Shown piece after piece: positions 27,387 to 37,500 of a stretch of DNA of 64,000 nt (the first letter of the stretch is position 1; each line of letters starts with the position of its first letter). Origin of the DNA: an uncultured virus (IMG/VR IMGVR_UViG_3300042940_001453) (taxonomy: Duplodnaviria; Heunggongvirae; Uroviricota; Caudoviricetes); IMG/VR virus record IMGVR_UViG_3300042940_001453, positions 62,001 to 126,000 of that record, one strand, 5' to 3'. A program made the translations under genes and the position numbers. The notes beneath the pieces were generated by a model. That model worked only from the letters and a program-made list of their open reading frames with translations, was not told the origin of the DNA and did no database searches.

Positions 27387-30300
27387 TTAAATATATACTA
27401 CCTTACTAAAGCCATTCTCTTTTTTTATTTCCACTTGGTTATCAACCATATCACGCATTTGATCCAAATGACTGATCACCCAGATAAAATCAAATTGATG
27501 TTTCAAATAATTAAACAAAGCTCCCATTTGACCCAAATGATCACTATCAGCACAACCAAATCCTTCATCAATACAAATAATATTTGGTCTTGGTAGATTA
27601 CTAATATTAATCAACGAAACTCTGATAGCAAGTCCACTTACGAATTTTTCCATTCCACTTGCCATTTCAAGTGGCCAACGTTTGTCTTCGTAAACGATAT
27701 TGGTCATAATGTTTTTTCCATCAGTTTGAAGAGTAACTGTAAAATCTACTAACTGTTGAAGAATATTATTAACTTCCTTTTCAATCTCAGGAAGAGTCTT
27801 GGTTATAATTTCATATGGAATTCCATCACGGCTAACTACATTTGTATAATGTTTGTAAGCTTCATAACTCGACTCTAATTCTTTTACCTTTTGCAATTGT
27901 TCAGTAACAGTTTTATACTGAACTTCTAACTTTCCTTTTTCAGTTAATGAGGAAAAAAGCTTGGAATTAATAGATTTAATATTAACGTCGATAGATTTAA
28001 TCAAATCTTTCTGAGTGTTGATGTCAGACATCAACTTGTTATTATTCTCAATAATATCTTTATTTGTATAAAAAGTTGAAATGTTATCTGTTACAGTCTT
28101 AAGTTTGGTTTGAATCTTAATAAGATCATTTTCCAACTTAAGAATGGTATTTGAAATAACACTCTTGCTTTTTTCAAAAGCAACTTTATCGTTATTTACT
28201 TTTTGACAACGTTTGAATTTTGTTTCAATGTCGCCATAACTCTCCAAAGATGACTTTATTGTATTATACTCATCTACAATAACCTTGCTTTTGATTTTAT
28301 CATTCTCCAATTCAGCTTTGACTTTTATTGCATCTTTTACGAATACATTGTTTACGCAATATGAACAGTTAGGATCATATTTGTGATCTTCCAACTTTTT
28401 CAATTTGTCCATTTTATTTTTCACAACAAGCTTAAGATTATTTAATTCATTGGTCTTGTTATCAAAATTTTGTTTGGCAACTTTATAAAGATCATAATCA
28501 CGATCAATATTTTCGCAGTCTGATATGGATGAAGACAGATTGGTAATATTTGTTTCTACATCAATTAGTTTATCTTTTTGAAGTTTAATATTAAGATTGG
28601 TTTCATTAATCTGACCTTCAAGTTCAATTTTGTTACTTTCCAATTTAACAATATCAAAATCAAAACTTACAGTCTTAGTAATTTTATTGGATAATTCTAA
28701 TAAGAGATTGTTATAAGAATCCTTTAACAATTCTTGATTTTTTACTTCTTCGTTAAACTCTTGAATCTTGGAATTAGTATAGTCTATACTGCCAGATACA
28801 GTTTCCAACTCTTGAATAAGTTGATCTTTACTTATATTCTTTAATAAAGTATTTGTTTCTTTAAACTTATCATTTGCGATAGTATATAATTGATCAAATA
28901 CATCCAATCCCATAAACTGACACAATAAATCTTTTCTCTCAGTCTGTCCAAGATCAATAAAAGACCCAGCTTTACTGTTTTGTACACTTAAAACAGTAAG
29001 AATAAAATCTTCATATGTACCAACGTAGTCGCGAATAATATCGTTTGTGCTTCTACGAGCTTCTCCGTTCAATGGAACTTCTTTGTCATTTTCTTTTTTG
29101 TAGAATTTGACTTCAACTTTGACATTGCCTTTCTTGTCTGCTTTACCTTCACGCTCAATAAAATAATCAACTCCATTTACCTCAAAATTAAACTTACAAC
29201 GAAAGCTCATTTTTTGAGTATTAAGCACGTGTGATGCTTTGTAACCCTTACTGAACTTATCAAAAACACAGAATGCAAGCGCATCCATAATGCTTGATTT
29301 ACCACTAGCATTTGGTGCAAAAAGTCCGATAGTGCCGTTTAGTTTAGCAAAATCTATTATATTGCCTTCGCCATAACTAAACATATTGTCGAATTCAAAT
29401 TTCTTTGGTTTCCAACGAATATTCTTTGGAGCTTTATCTTTTGGTATTTCTTTATTAATGGTCTTATTTAGATCCTTGACCATTTCTATTAGATTCTTAT
29501 CTACATTTTTTGATAACAATGTGTCTTCTACCAATTTGTTTTGGTAGTCAACATCAAAAATGTTATGTACATCAAACACTTTTCCAGAGTTCAAAATTGT
29601 ATCTTTTGATACATCGTCGGCACGAACATAGGTGGTTTCGATTAACGTAGATTTGGTTTTGATGTCATTTAAAATCTCCTTTACTTGTGAAGGAATGGAC
29701 TCACGACAGATAACACGTAGTGTGGATTTCTTTGGGATGTTAGAAATATCCGTAATCAACTGACCCTTGTCAACTTCCACCGTATAATACCCATATTCAT
29801 TTACTAGTTCGTAGTGTTTGAATAATTTACGTTTCAAGTCCCACATAATGAAACCGTGGCCTTTAAGCTCCTCACCGTGGTTTTGTTGAATCATCGATCC
29901 CGCATATACAACAACTGGCAAAGATTCATTGTCATCATATTCTTGTAGAATTTGATGTTTGTGAATATCACCAAGCATAGCAATGTGATGTCCATCAAAA
30001 GTTTCATTGGTTACAGATCGGCTACTAACAGTGTACCCAACATCAGTAACAGCATTATATACTGGTCCGTGAAACAAAGCAATGTGATGGTCTGTTTCAT
30101 CACGATATTTCGATGGGATATTTTCGTACTTAATGTATTTTTCAGGGACATCCCAATCAAAAACACTAAAGTTATTAAACAAAATATTTTCATATCTATA
30201 AACATCTGTATTTCTGAGATAAAATAGATTAGGGTGATTCAAAGCATCCACAATTGGTGTAATACAATCTAATCTAGATTTATTAGCCAATGTAGCATCG

Positions 30301-30578
30301 TGATTGCCAGCCGTTAAAATAACAGGAACTCTATCTGCGCAATTTTTTAGAAAATCACTTCCAATTTTAACACATTCAGGACTTAAATCGGATTTATTAT
30401 GAAACAAATCACCGGCTATAACCAAGATAGCATCCAGTGTTTTTGCTTTATCAAGGGCTTTATAAAGCTTTTCAAAAACCAAAGTATATTCGTCATGACG
30501 TTTTGTTAAACGAATATGAATATCCGCAATATGCACCACCGAATTAATTTTTTTATCTGTATTTTTTAATACAATCAT
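27387..30578 (-). CDS. Fused Mre11/SbcD nuclease-Rad50/SbcC ATPase (gp47-gp46-like fusion)
   Basis: Phosphoesterase motifs ADIH, AGDLFH, GNHD, GDIH; Walker A APNASGKS; coiled coil with zinc hook CSYC; signature ASGMEK; Walker B CIDEGFG; ISH. Confidence 0.92.
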   Translation of the reverse strand: MIVLKNTDKKINSVVHIADIHIRLTKRHDEYTLVFEKLYKALDKAKTLDAILVIAGDLFHNKSDLSPECVKIGSDFLKNCADRVPVILTAGNHDATLANKSRLDCITPIVDALNHPNLFYLRNTDVYRYENILFNNFSVFDWDVPEKYIKYENIPSKYRDETDHHIALFHGPVYNAVTDVGYTVSSRSVTNETFDGHHIAMLGDIHKHQILQEYDDNESLPVVVYAGSMIQQNHGEELKGHGFIMWDLKRKLFKHYELVNEYGYYTVEVDKGQLITDISNIPKKSTLRVICRESIPSQVKEILNDIKTKSTLIETTYVRADDVSKDTILNSGKVFDVHNIFDVDYQNKLVEDTLLSKNVDKNLIEMVKDLNKTINKEIPKDKAPKNIRWKPKKFEFDNMFSYGEGNIIDFAKLNGTIGLFAPNASGKSSIMDALAFCVFDKFSKGYKASHVLNTQKMSFRCKFNFEVNGVDYFIEREGKADKKGNVKVEVKFYKKENDKEVPLNGEARRSTNDIIRDYVGTYEDFILTVLSVQNSKAGSFIDLGQTERKDLLCQFMGLDVFDQLYTIANDKFKETNTLLKNISKDQLIQELETVSGSIDYTNSKIQEFNEEVKNQELLKDSYNNLLLELSNKITKTVSFDFDIVKLESNKIELEGQINETNLNIKLQKDKLIDVETNITNLSSSISDCENIDRDYDLYKVAKQNFDNKTNELNNLKLVVKNKMDKLKKLEDHKYDPNCSYCVNNVFVKDAIKVKAELENDKIKSKVIVDEYNTIKSSLESYGDIETKFKRCQKVNNDKVAFEKSKSVISNTILKLENDLIKIQTKLKTVTDNISTFYTNKDIIENNNKLMSDINTQKDLIKSIDVNIKSINSKLFSSLTEKGKLEVQYKTVTEQLQKVKELESSYEAYKHYTNVVSRDGIPYEIITKTLPEIEKEVNNILQQLVDFTVTLQTDGKNIMTNIVYEDKRWPLEMASGMEKFVSGLAIRVSLINISNLPRPNIICIDEGFGCADSDHLGQMGALFNYLKHQFDFIWVISHLDQMRDMVDNQVEIKKENGFSKVVYI

Positions 30579-31486
30579 AATTTAACTGTTAATTTTAACT
30601 TATACAACAAGCTTTCATCCATTCTAACACAACTATCTATGGTTTGCCAAGTTTTTTTATGACCCAATTCATTTGGATCTTTGCCGTCAAGTCTTACCAA
30701 ATATGTAGTTATATCATTTGCAATTAAAAATTCACAAATTTTCAAACTTGATGCCAATGCATCGTTGTCCAACAAAACATTTACTCTGGGTGGTTTGTTT
30801 TCTACCAATTTTAGTTTGAGTGATTTAGATAAAGTTTTGCCAAACAAAGGAATAACATTATACTTTACAGACATAGCATCAAACACACCTTCTACCAAAG
30901 TTACTGGTTGATTAAAATCTGTATATAGTTCAAATCCTATAATATCTTTGCTACCATCACACAATCTATATTTAAGATATCCGTCGTAAAACGATCTACC
31001 ACAGTAAAAGTTGAGCTTTCCTTGACAATCATATGACGGCACAATGATTCTATTGATAAAATTTCCACTGGTACAATACCCAATGTTATATCTAACTATA
31101 TCTAAAGTAGATATATTACGGTTTAAACAGTAACTCAATGCGTGTTTATACTCAATATCATTATTTGGTTTACACAAAGGTTTAAACTCTTCAGGCAAAC
31201 TTAATATCTTTTTTTCTTCTTTTACTACAACATTGGTTCGTTTGGGTCCATCTTTACACAGAATGTCATAATATTCTTTAGGAGCCTTTATCTTTTTTAA
31301 TAGACTATGAAAACTTTTGCCACTAAACCCACATACCCAACATTGGTAAAATCCAGTTTTTGTATTGATGTTTAACTTACGTTTGTGATGACTGCAACTG
31401 GGACAAAAAACAAGAATTTCTTCACCGCCTTTTTGGATGTGAATTTTTTGCTTAAATAATCTTGATAATGTGTCAACTACAGTCAT
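30575..31486 (-). CDS. DNA primase (Zn finger + TOPRIM)
   Basis: CPSC...CWVC Zn finger, RIIVP, TOPRIM LVEGVFDA and LLDND, KDPNE. Confidence 0.88.
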   Translation of the reverse strand: MTVVDTLSRLFKQKIHIQKGGEEILVFCPSCSHHKRKLNINTKTGFYQCWVCGFSGKSFHSLLKKIKAPKEYYDILCKDGPKRTNVVVKEEKKILSLPEEFKPLCKPNNDIEYKHALSYCLNRNISTLDIVRYNIGYCTSGNFINRIIVPSYDCQGKLNFYCGRSFYDGYLKYRLCDGSKDIIGFELYTDFNQPVTLVEGVFDAMSVKYNVIPLFGKTLSKSLKLKLVENKPPRVNVLLDNDALASSLKICEFLIANDITTYLVRLDGKDPNELGHKKTWQTIDSCVRMDESLLYKLKLTVKL

Positions 31487-31493
31487 TTAGATT

Positions 31494-31502
31494 AGTATAA
31501 CA
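31494..31502 (-). promoter_or_regulatory. Extended -10 promoter for primase
   Basis: Minus strand TGT-TATACT ending 7 nt before the ATG at 31486; weak TTGTGA -35 upstream. Confidence 0.55.
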
Positions 31503-31515
31503 CCTAAATTTGAAA

Positions 31516-32028
31516 TCACAACTTTTTATATAATGAGCAGACTATACCATCGTACATATCACCGTTTCTTTCGTCCCAATTACCTTTTTTATTAAGAACC
31601 GCAAACTTAACTACATCTGGACAAAGTGATTCTAATTCTGATTTTACAAAATCTTTGGATTTTACACCTTTAATTCTACATTTGCCAAACAACTGTTTGC
31701 GCATAGTGTTAACTGATAATAACTCTACCTTGACCTTGAAGTGTTCTTCAATAATATATGCAAAGACAGCATTATGTCTGGCTAATGTAATGATGACTTG
31801 TTGACTGGTAAATCCACCCGCAAATCCGCTTAAAGCGGCTTCTAAGTTAATAGTAGCGACATCTTTGATTAAAGGATTTTTTTCCAATTCTGATATAACA
31901 AAAAAGGTTTTTTCTTTAGTAGTTTCGAGTTTTTTTGTGTCAATATAACCAGCGTCCAAGACTTTTCCGTCTCTACTAAACGCCCAACCTGTAACTGATG
32001 TGGATGAATCTAAACCTAATATAACCAT
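31516..32028 (-). CDS. ruvC: RuvC-like Holliday junction resolvase
   Basis: ILGLDSSTSVTGWA, INLEAAL and C-terminal DMYDGI acidic residues of the RNase H/RuvC fold. Confidence 0.75.
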   Translation of the reverse strand: MVILGLDSSTSVTGWAFSRDGKVLDAGYIDTKKLETTKEKTFFVISELEKNPLIKDVATINLEAALSGFAGGFTSQQVIITLARHNAVFAYIIEEHFKVKVELLSVNTMRKQLFGKCRIKGVKSKDFVKSELESLCPDVVKFAVLNKKGNWDERNGDMYDGIVCSLYKKL

Positions 32029-32040
32029 TTAAAATACATA

Positions 32041-32349
32041 TCAACGAAAATATCGTTTCGTATTAAATCCTGGCAAAGTGTCGGAGTAATTCAACGCTTC
32101 TGTATTAAAATTTGCTTCTTGATTGTCGATTGATGTAAGAAATCCTGGATTAACTGTATATTTGCGAGATTTTTGTGAATAACCCATTTCTCCTTGTAGT
32201 CCATCTAACATAGTACCTCCAGGTATAAATCTTGTAGCTTTATATGCATTAAACGCACCGCCAGCTTTTTGTTTGGCTAGAAATCTAGCTTCTAAGCTTG
32301 TCTTTAATGATTCACGGTCTATTACTTTTGCGTCTGGTGATGTTGCCAT
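32041..32349 (-). CDS. Hypothetical protein
   Basis: 102-aa ORF with TATTTATT at 32375-32368 upstream. Confidence 0.7.
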   Translation of the reverse strand: MATSPDAKVIDRESLKTSLEARFLAKQKAGGAFNAYKATRFIPGGTMLDGLQGEMGYSQKSRKYTVNPGFLTSIDNQEANFNTEALNYSDTLPGFNTKRYFR

Positions 32350-32378
32350 ATGTTTGTTCTATTTTATAATAAATATAA

Positions 32379-34955
32379 TTAAGTGTCCCATTTAACAGAA
32401 ATATTTATTGGAATTTCCCCAGTATTTTTAATTGGTTGTGCCAATTTAGCAACCGCAACCAAATCACATCCACTATACAATCCCACAGTTGTTATGTACG
32501 GTGCCAAATAAGATCCAGTTGGATCTATAGAAGAACTATATTGATACTTGAAAAAGTCTTGTTTTACGTAATTTTTAATTGACTTGCCTGTTTGATTATC
32601 TAAAAATCTAATAATGTCGTCGTAATTATTACGATTGCTTAGTGTATTCAAAAAAGACTTGTAGTTTGTGAAATTCAACTTATTGATGAAATATTTCCAC
32701 ATCATTTTACCATCGTAAATGTCTACTTTTCCATCGTTATCAACGTCTAGATTTTTCTCAGCCAATATGTTTTTCAATTCAGGAGTTAACAAATTGGTAT
32801 TATAGTTTAAATATGATGATGTATAAAATCCAAAAATATTTTGTTCAACGTCATTTGAAATCATATTTAAATACCATTTTTCAGAACCTGGTGACACATT
32901 TTTGTAGTTTATATATCTTAAAATTATATCCAAATTTTCAAAGTTAAAATTGCTCTTATTAATTACACAATAATTTATAAGCGATGAAGTTGTAGCAGTT
33001 GGATTCGTTGATATATTAAACTCTCCTGGCAATATAGTACACACATATTGTTTTTCGTAAGTGGTTATGAGTGTCTTATAATCCATATACAACGATGAAT
33101 AATCTGGATCTATAGGATCTCTTGTCAACAAATTCAAAACGCTACCTGTATTGTTAATTACCAAACTATTATTGTTATAAAATATATTGCCTACAGGATA
33201 ATTTGTTTTCAAATCTAAGCTGTCATAAATATAAGCTTTACCAACGATGTCTGAATATGAATCAGATTCCATTTGTAGTGCAATTTTTGTAACGACACTG
33301 CCACTTCCATATACTGTATCCTCTATTTGAAAATATACAACATCGGATGTTTCAGTGCAATTTTCTGGGCTGAATGAAGATGTATTTACATAACTAGGAT
33401 CATCATAACTTCCAGACTCAGTTATTAAAGGAACACTTAAATACAAATCTTCATTTAGTGGAATAGGAGACCCCACCACTAAATTAGGATCTGATAAAGC
33501 AACGGAGTATCCAAAAGCACTAAATGGTTTATTGTACTCTTTTCTTTTAGCAATTGGATCTGTAGTAATTTGAGTTACGATTGAATTACTTACATTATAA
33601 TACAAACATTGTCCACAATAACTTGATTCACCGTAATCATTTACATCATAAAACTTATCATAGTATTTGATTGAGCTAGATATATAAAGAGAACTGAATG
33701 GAAAATATGGTTTGGGAGATCCAATCAATACTTTATTATTGTGTGTAGAAACTGAATAACCCATCATATTATCTTTGAAGGTTATTTCATCACCATAAAT
33801 CTTTTTAATAAACAAATATTGATTTGATCCTGTTGGACACAAACCATTTTCGTAAATATAAGTTGCACCTCTTTGTCTTAAAACATTAGATCCTGAATAT
33901 TCGTAGTATAAAAGATCATTTGGTGATCCTATTGCTAATACGTTTTTATGTAAAGATACAGAATATCCGAATCTGTTATTTTTCTGTGCAGCAGATAAAC
34001 TTCCTGAAGGATATAAATCAAATTCAAATCCTTCCAACTTTAAGTATTCAGATCCTGTTATGTTTTGAAACCTTTGTGAAATTCTCCATCCACCTGATCC
34101 AGATGTGAATAAAAACACTTTACTAGCTGACACTTGATTACATCCGACCACCAATTTATCTTCAGCATATTTGTCTATACAAACACTAAATCCAAATGAA
34201 GATTGATATGGATCAGATACAACACTGCTGCTTAGTTTTTGTACCAAATTATAACTGTTGTTTACATTCTTAAAAACATAAACACATCCTCGGCCGTTAT
34301 TATAACCTGGAGCACCAACCGCTAAATAATTATTTGATATACTGACTGATTTACCAAACTGTATATTGCTTGACGATGTTAAATAAGCGATAGGCGTTGA
34401 ACTTATTTCGTATGTACTTGTAGATTCTTTTGTATATTCTGTGGATTTTGACTGGATGCTTCCACTTTCATATACATAGTTGGGATCTATTTCGTATATG
34501 TTTACTTGGTTTTGAGTAAAAAAGTTTCTGTTGTCTATACTCTGTGTAAAAGAAACATCGCTTGCTGCTAGAAAATAATCACATACATCAAGTGCTTCGC
34601 CGTATTTGCTTTGATAAACAAACTTTGTGGAGTTTTCAATTGTTAAATAACTACAAGATGCATCTGTATTTGGCAAACTACCACTATTAGCAATTAAAGA
34701 ACTTGTATTAACTGTACTGCTACTTTGTTCGGTGTAATATGGTGTTAGTAAATTTTCATTTTCATTAAACAAAGTTTTTATTACTTCATAATTTGATTGA
34801 AACTGATTTTTACGAATCAAAAATATTTGTCCTCTACGAGAAAATCCTTCCGCATATTGCCAATTTTTAGTTGGTGGATTTCCTATTGCTATTATGTTAC
34901 CATTCGTAGCAACAGAGGTACCATATCTTTCGTTATATATGTTAATTAAACTCAT
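32379..34955 (-). CDS. Virion/baseplate protein with FG-GAP-like beta-propeller, EF-hand/dockerin-like loop and tail-collar-like C-terminus
   Basis: Repeats such as FGKSVSISNNYLAVGAPG, FGYSVSLHKNVLAIGSP, FGYSVALSDPNLVVGSP; DVDNDGKVDIYD; C-terminal PYITTVGLY...LVAVAKLAQPI. Confidence 0.75.
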   Translation of the reverse strand: MSLINIYNERYGTSVATNGNIIAIGNPPTKNWQYAEGFSRRGQIFLIRKNQFQSNYEVIKTLFNENENLLTPYYTEQSSSTVNTSSLIANSGSLPNTDASCSYLTIENSTKFVYQSKYGEALDVCDYFLAASDVSFTQSIDNRNFFTQNQVNIYEIDPNYVYESGSIQSKSTEYTKESTSTYEISSTPIAYLTSSSNIQFGKSVSISNNYLAVGAPGYNNGRGCVYVFKNVNNSYNLVQKLSSSVVSDPYQSSFGFSVCIDKYAEDKLVVGCNQVSASKVFLFTSGSGGWRISQRFQNITGSEYLKLEGFEFDLYPSGSLSAAQKNNRFGYSVSLHKNVLAIGSPNDLLYYEYSGSNVLRQRGATYIYENGLCPTGSNQYLFIKKIYGDEITFKDNMMGYSVSTHNNKVLIGSPKPYFPFSSLYISSSIKYYDKFYDVNDYGESSYCGQCLYYNVSNSIVTQITTDPIAKRKEYNKPFSAFGYSVALSDPNLVVGSPIPLNEDLYLSVPLITESGSYDDPSYVNTSSFSPENCTETSDVVYFQIEDTVYGSGSVVTKIALQMESDSYSDIVGKAYIYDSLDLKTNYPVGNIFYNNNSLVINNTGSVLNLLTRDPIDPDYSSLYMDYKTLITTYEKQYVCTILPGEFNISTNPTATTSSLINYCVINKSNFNFENLDIILRYINYKNVSPGSEKWYLNMISNDVEQNIFGFYTSSYLNYNTNLLTPELKNILAEKNLDVDNDGKVDIYDGKMMWKYFINKLNFTNYKSFLNTLSNRNNYDDIIRFLDNQTGKSIKNYVKQDFFKYQYSSSIDPTGSYLAPYITTVGLYSGCDLVAVAKLAQPIKNTGEIPINISVKWDT

Positions 34956-34956
34956 A

Positions 34957-35655
34957 CTATGTATTCAATAAATAATAACCCAAACCATAAGTACCACGGT
35001 TTTCTACAGTATCTTTACTCCCAGTCGTAAATTCATAACTATTAATGTAATAAGTACCGCCTAGTATTAAGTTGTGATTTCCGTCATCTTCTATATTTGA
35101 AACTATATCGCCGGATTGATTGTATATTACCACAGAATTTCTTTTTATGCCATCGCCTGTCTGAGAAACAGACAATTTATATAAAGAAAAATCATTTGTC
35201 AAATCTAGTTTAGTTCTTTGATTGTCGTAATCATCAAATCCAAAGATATTATAACTGTTATTATAGTCGTTATAATACATCTTATCTACGGTATTATAAA
35301 CCTGACCTTTATACGTACCATTAACATTTACAGGATTGACAACAGGATTCCATTTAGCATTTGAAGATGGATAGAAAACAGAACTGGAATTTACATATTT
35401 ACCCACTGAAAAATCTATCTGGGAAGCTTCTTCAAATTGAGTCATCGCTAAATATATATCATCAAAATAAACACCTTCACAACTTCCAGATTTATTATTG
35501 TCACAAGAAAAATAGGATAGTTGTATTGGAAATACACTATCATCTGTGTCGTCTGTACCAGATAAAAGATTATTTAAAACGTTATTAAACGTCTTTTCTT
35601 TAGAAACAGTAAATCTAGTAACTAATACGTCTTGAGTTTTAAAAAATTTGATCAT
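34957..35655 (-). CDS. Putative virion structural protein
   Basis: In baseplate cluster, TATTTATA 5 nt upstream; contains GDGIKRNSV...IEDDGNHNL. Confidence 0.65.
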   Translation of the reverse strand: MIKFFKTQDVLVTRFTVSKEKTFNNVLNNLLSGTDDTDDSVFPIQLSYFSCDNNKSGSCEGVYFDDIYLAMTQFEEASQIDFSVGKYVNSSSVFYPSSNAKWNPVVNPVNVNGTYKGQVYNTVDKMYYNDYNNSYNIFGFDDYDNQRTKLDLTNDFSLYKLSVSQTGDGIKRNSVVIYNQSGDIVSNIEDDGNHNLILGGTYYINSYEFTTGSKDTVENRGTYGLGYYLLNT

Positions 35656-35691
35656 TCTATTATAAATAGAATAAAAACAAACTATTATAGA

Positions 35692-36810
35692 TTAGAAATC
35701 TATTCTCACCTTAATTAGTAACTCATTATCAAATGATTTCATCGTTGGTTGACTAATTTTACCAATTGCTAACAGTTCATTATTATCATTATACAAACCA
35801 ACTGAAGTAATATAGGTTCGTGGATTATTAATTAAATCTTGATAGATAATAGTTCCTTTAGTCAAGCCATCTTTACCATCTGAAACAAAAGTTGGATTGT
35901 TACTATAGTTAAACTCTTTGTTCTTCACACGAACGAAATAATTTGTAGATGGCACAAATTCAGACTTTCTCACGCCCATCGTTAAATTAGATCTTCTGAT
36001 TGCGTTATAAAAATCTCTGGTCCATACTTTCCAATATCCACTTCGATTTGTAGAAGTTACACTATTGGAATAGTTAGCGCGATTCAAAATCTGTTGTCCT
36101 GCGGTAATACCCACGTATTTATCTAGATTTATAGCATTAAACACTATAACTCCATTTGATGGATAAACCAATCCTATTCCGGCATATACTGGAGATCCAT
36201 TCTTTAAATAAGGAGTAGCAATACCATTTACAATTGATCCAGAGATCAAATTGTATGAGTTCTGTTGTTTATTCACTACTTGAGAATCATCAATAAAGGT
36301 AAATTTCTTAGGTGCGATTGAGCCACTAAATGTAATTTGTATTTGGCCTGGGTCAATTTGATCCTTGAATTTATCAGCGGCATAGCTAATTACATAAATT
36401 GCTTGGCTTTCAACAGTTTTATCGACGCTTCCAGATGCGAAGGTAAACAAATTGTCGCCTGGTTGTAAAAGTGTGTTTTTGTATTGAGAGTAAATGACCT
36501 TAGTTTCATTGGTCAATACAGGAGTTGAGTAAGTCGTAACGTCAAAACGAGAACTTCCACTATTAGCATAGTCACCATATGCAACATCAAAGTATAAGTC
36601 TCCGCCAGAATAAATATCTAAATAATACTGACCGTTTCTTACATCGTATGGACTGGAGCCAGTGAGTTGATTAGCTTGACCAGTAACACCTGATTGTGTC
36701 ACAAACGTAGATTGACTAACAAATAAACTACCAGTTCCGAATAAACCAGAAGATACTTGATTAATTCTACCTACTACGATGTCATCGTTATTAAATTTAC
36801 TAAATATCAT
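35692..36810 (-). CDS. Putative baseplate/tail structural protein
   Basis: C-terminal EFNYSNNPTF...TYITSVGLYNDNNELLAIGKISQP, paralogous to the end of 32379..34955. Confidence 0.7.
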   Translation of the reverse strand: MIFSKFNNDDIVVGRINQVSSGLFGTGSLFVSQSTFVTQSGVTGQANQLTGSSPYDVRNGQYYLDIYSGGDLYFDVAYGDYANSGSSRFDVTTYSTPVLTNETKVIYSQYKNTLLQPGDNLFTFASGSVDKTVESQAIYVISYAADKFKDQIDPGQIQITFSGSIAPKKFTFIDDSQVVNKQQNSYNLISGSIVNGIATPYLKNGSPVYAGIGLVYPSNGVIVFNAINLDKYVGITAGQQILNRANYSNSVTSTNRSGYWKVWTRDFYNAIRRSNLTMGVRKSEFVPSTNYFVRVKNKEFNYSNNPTFVSDGKDGLTKGTIIYQDLINNPRTYITSVGLYNDNNELLAIGKISQPTMKSFDNELLIKVRIDF

Positions 36811-36812
36811 AA

Positions 36813-37454
36813 TTATGTTGTTGTTGGAACTTTAACTGTCACTGTAATTGATGTATTACCGCCACTTTCATTTCCAATAATTGTAATATTAGTGGTTGTT
36901 AGTTTAGACAAACCAGCGTTTGGTACAAATCTGAATTTATTACCAACAACTACTTGTGATGTTTGTGAAGTTAGATCTCCTGAGAAAGTAGGAATTGTGG
37001 CACTTGTTGAATTTAAACTATTTGTTTCGGTCACAATCAAAGTTCCAACGTTCTTATTGGCCAAAATGGCTGTATATCCAAGTGTAACATTATAAGTTGG
37101 ATTTGTACTTGGACTAATTAAACTTTCCCCAGTATAGTCTCTTGGAACAGTGATTTCTGAGATATTCAAGATAATAGTAGGTACAGATGTTACACCATCG
37201 TTTAGAGTTACCAACTTATACTTCATTGACTGTGATTCATCAGTAATAGGTTCTTGAATTGGAGTGTTACGAATTGCAATGTCGTAATATGCACTGCCTA
37301 GTGGATGATTTGGATTGAATTGAGTATAGTCAATTTCATCATCCGCCAAAGCAAAGGCTGTGATATTCAAACCGCCTGTTTTTGCGAGTATTTCTCTTCC
37401 CTTTTTAGTCAATACAGCATTCACTGTAAGAATGTTGTTATTTAAATATGCCAT
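36813..37454 (-). CDS. Putative tail/baseplate structural protein (tail-collar fibre-like N-terminus)
   Basis: AVLTKKGREILA...ITAFALADDEIDY; beta-rich C-terminus. Confidence 0.7.
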   Translation of the reverse strand: MAYLNNNILTVNAVLTKKGREILAKTGGLNITAFALADDEIDYTQFNPNHPLGSAYYDIAIRNTPIQEPITDESQSMKYKLVTLNDGVTSVPTIILNISEITVPRDYTGESLISPSTNPTYNVTLGYTAILANKNVGTLIVTETNSLNSTSATIPTFSGDLTSQTSQVVVGNKFRFVPNAGLSKLTTTNITIIGNESGGNTSITVTVKVPTTT

Positions 37455-37500
37455 ATATAATAATTATTGATAAGTTTTAAATTTTACTCAAAAATATGAA

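Noticed and set aside
31516..32028. RuvC ORF as TnpB/Cas12-like nuclease
   Set aside because: Only 170 aa, no Zn finger or adjacent RNA region, and it lies beside primase and Mre11-Rad50, as expected for a resolvase.
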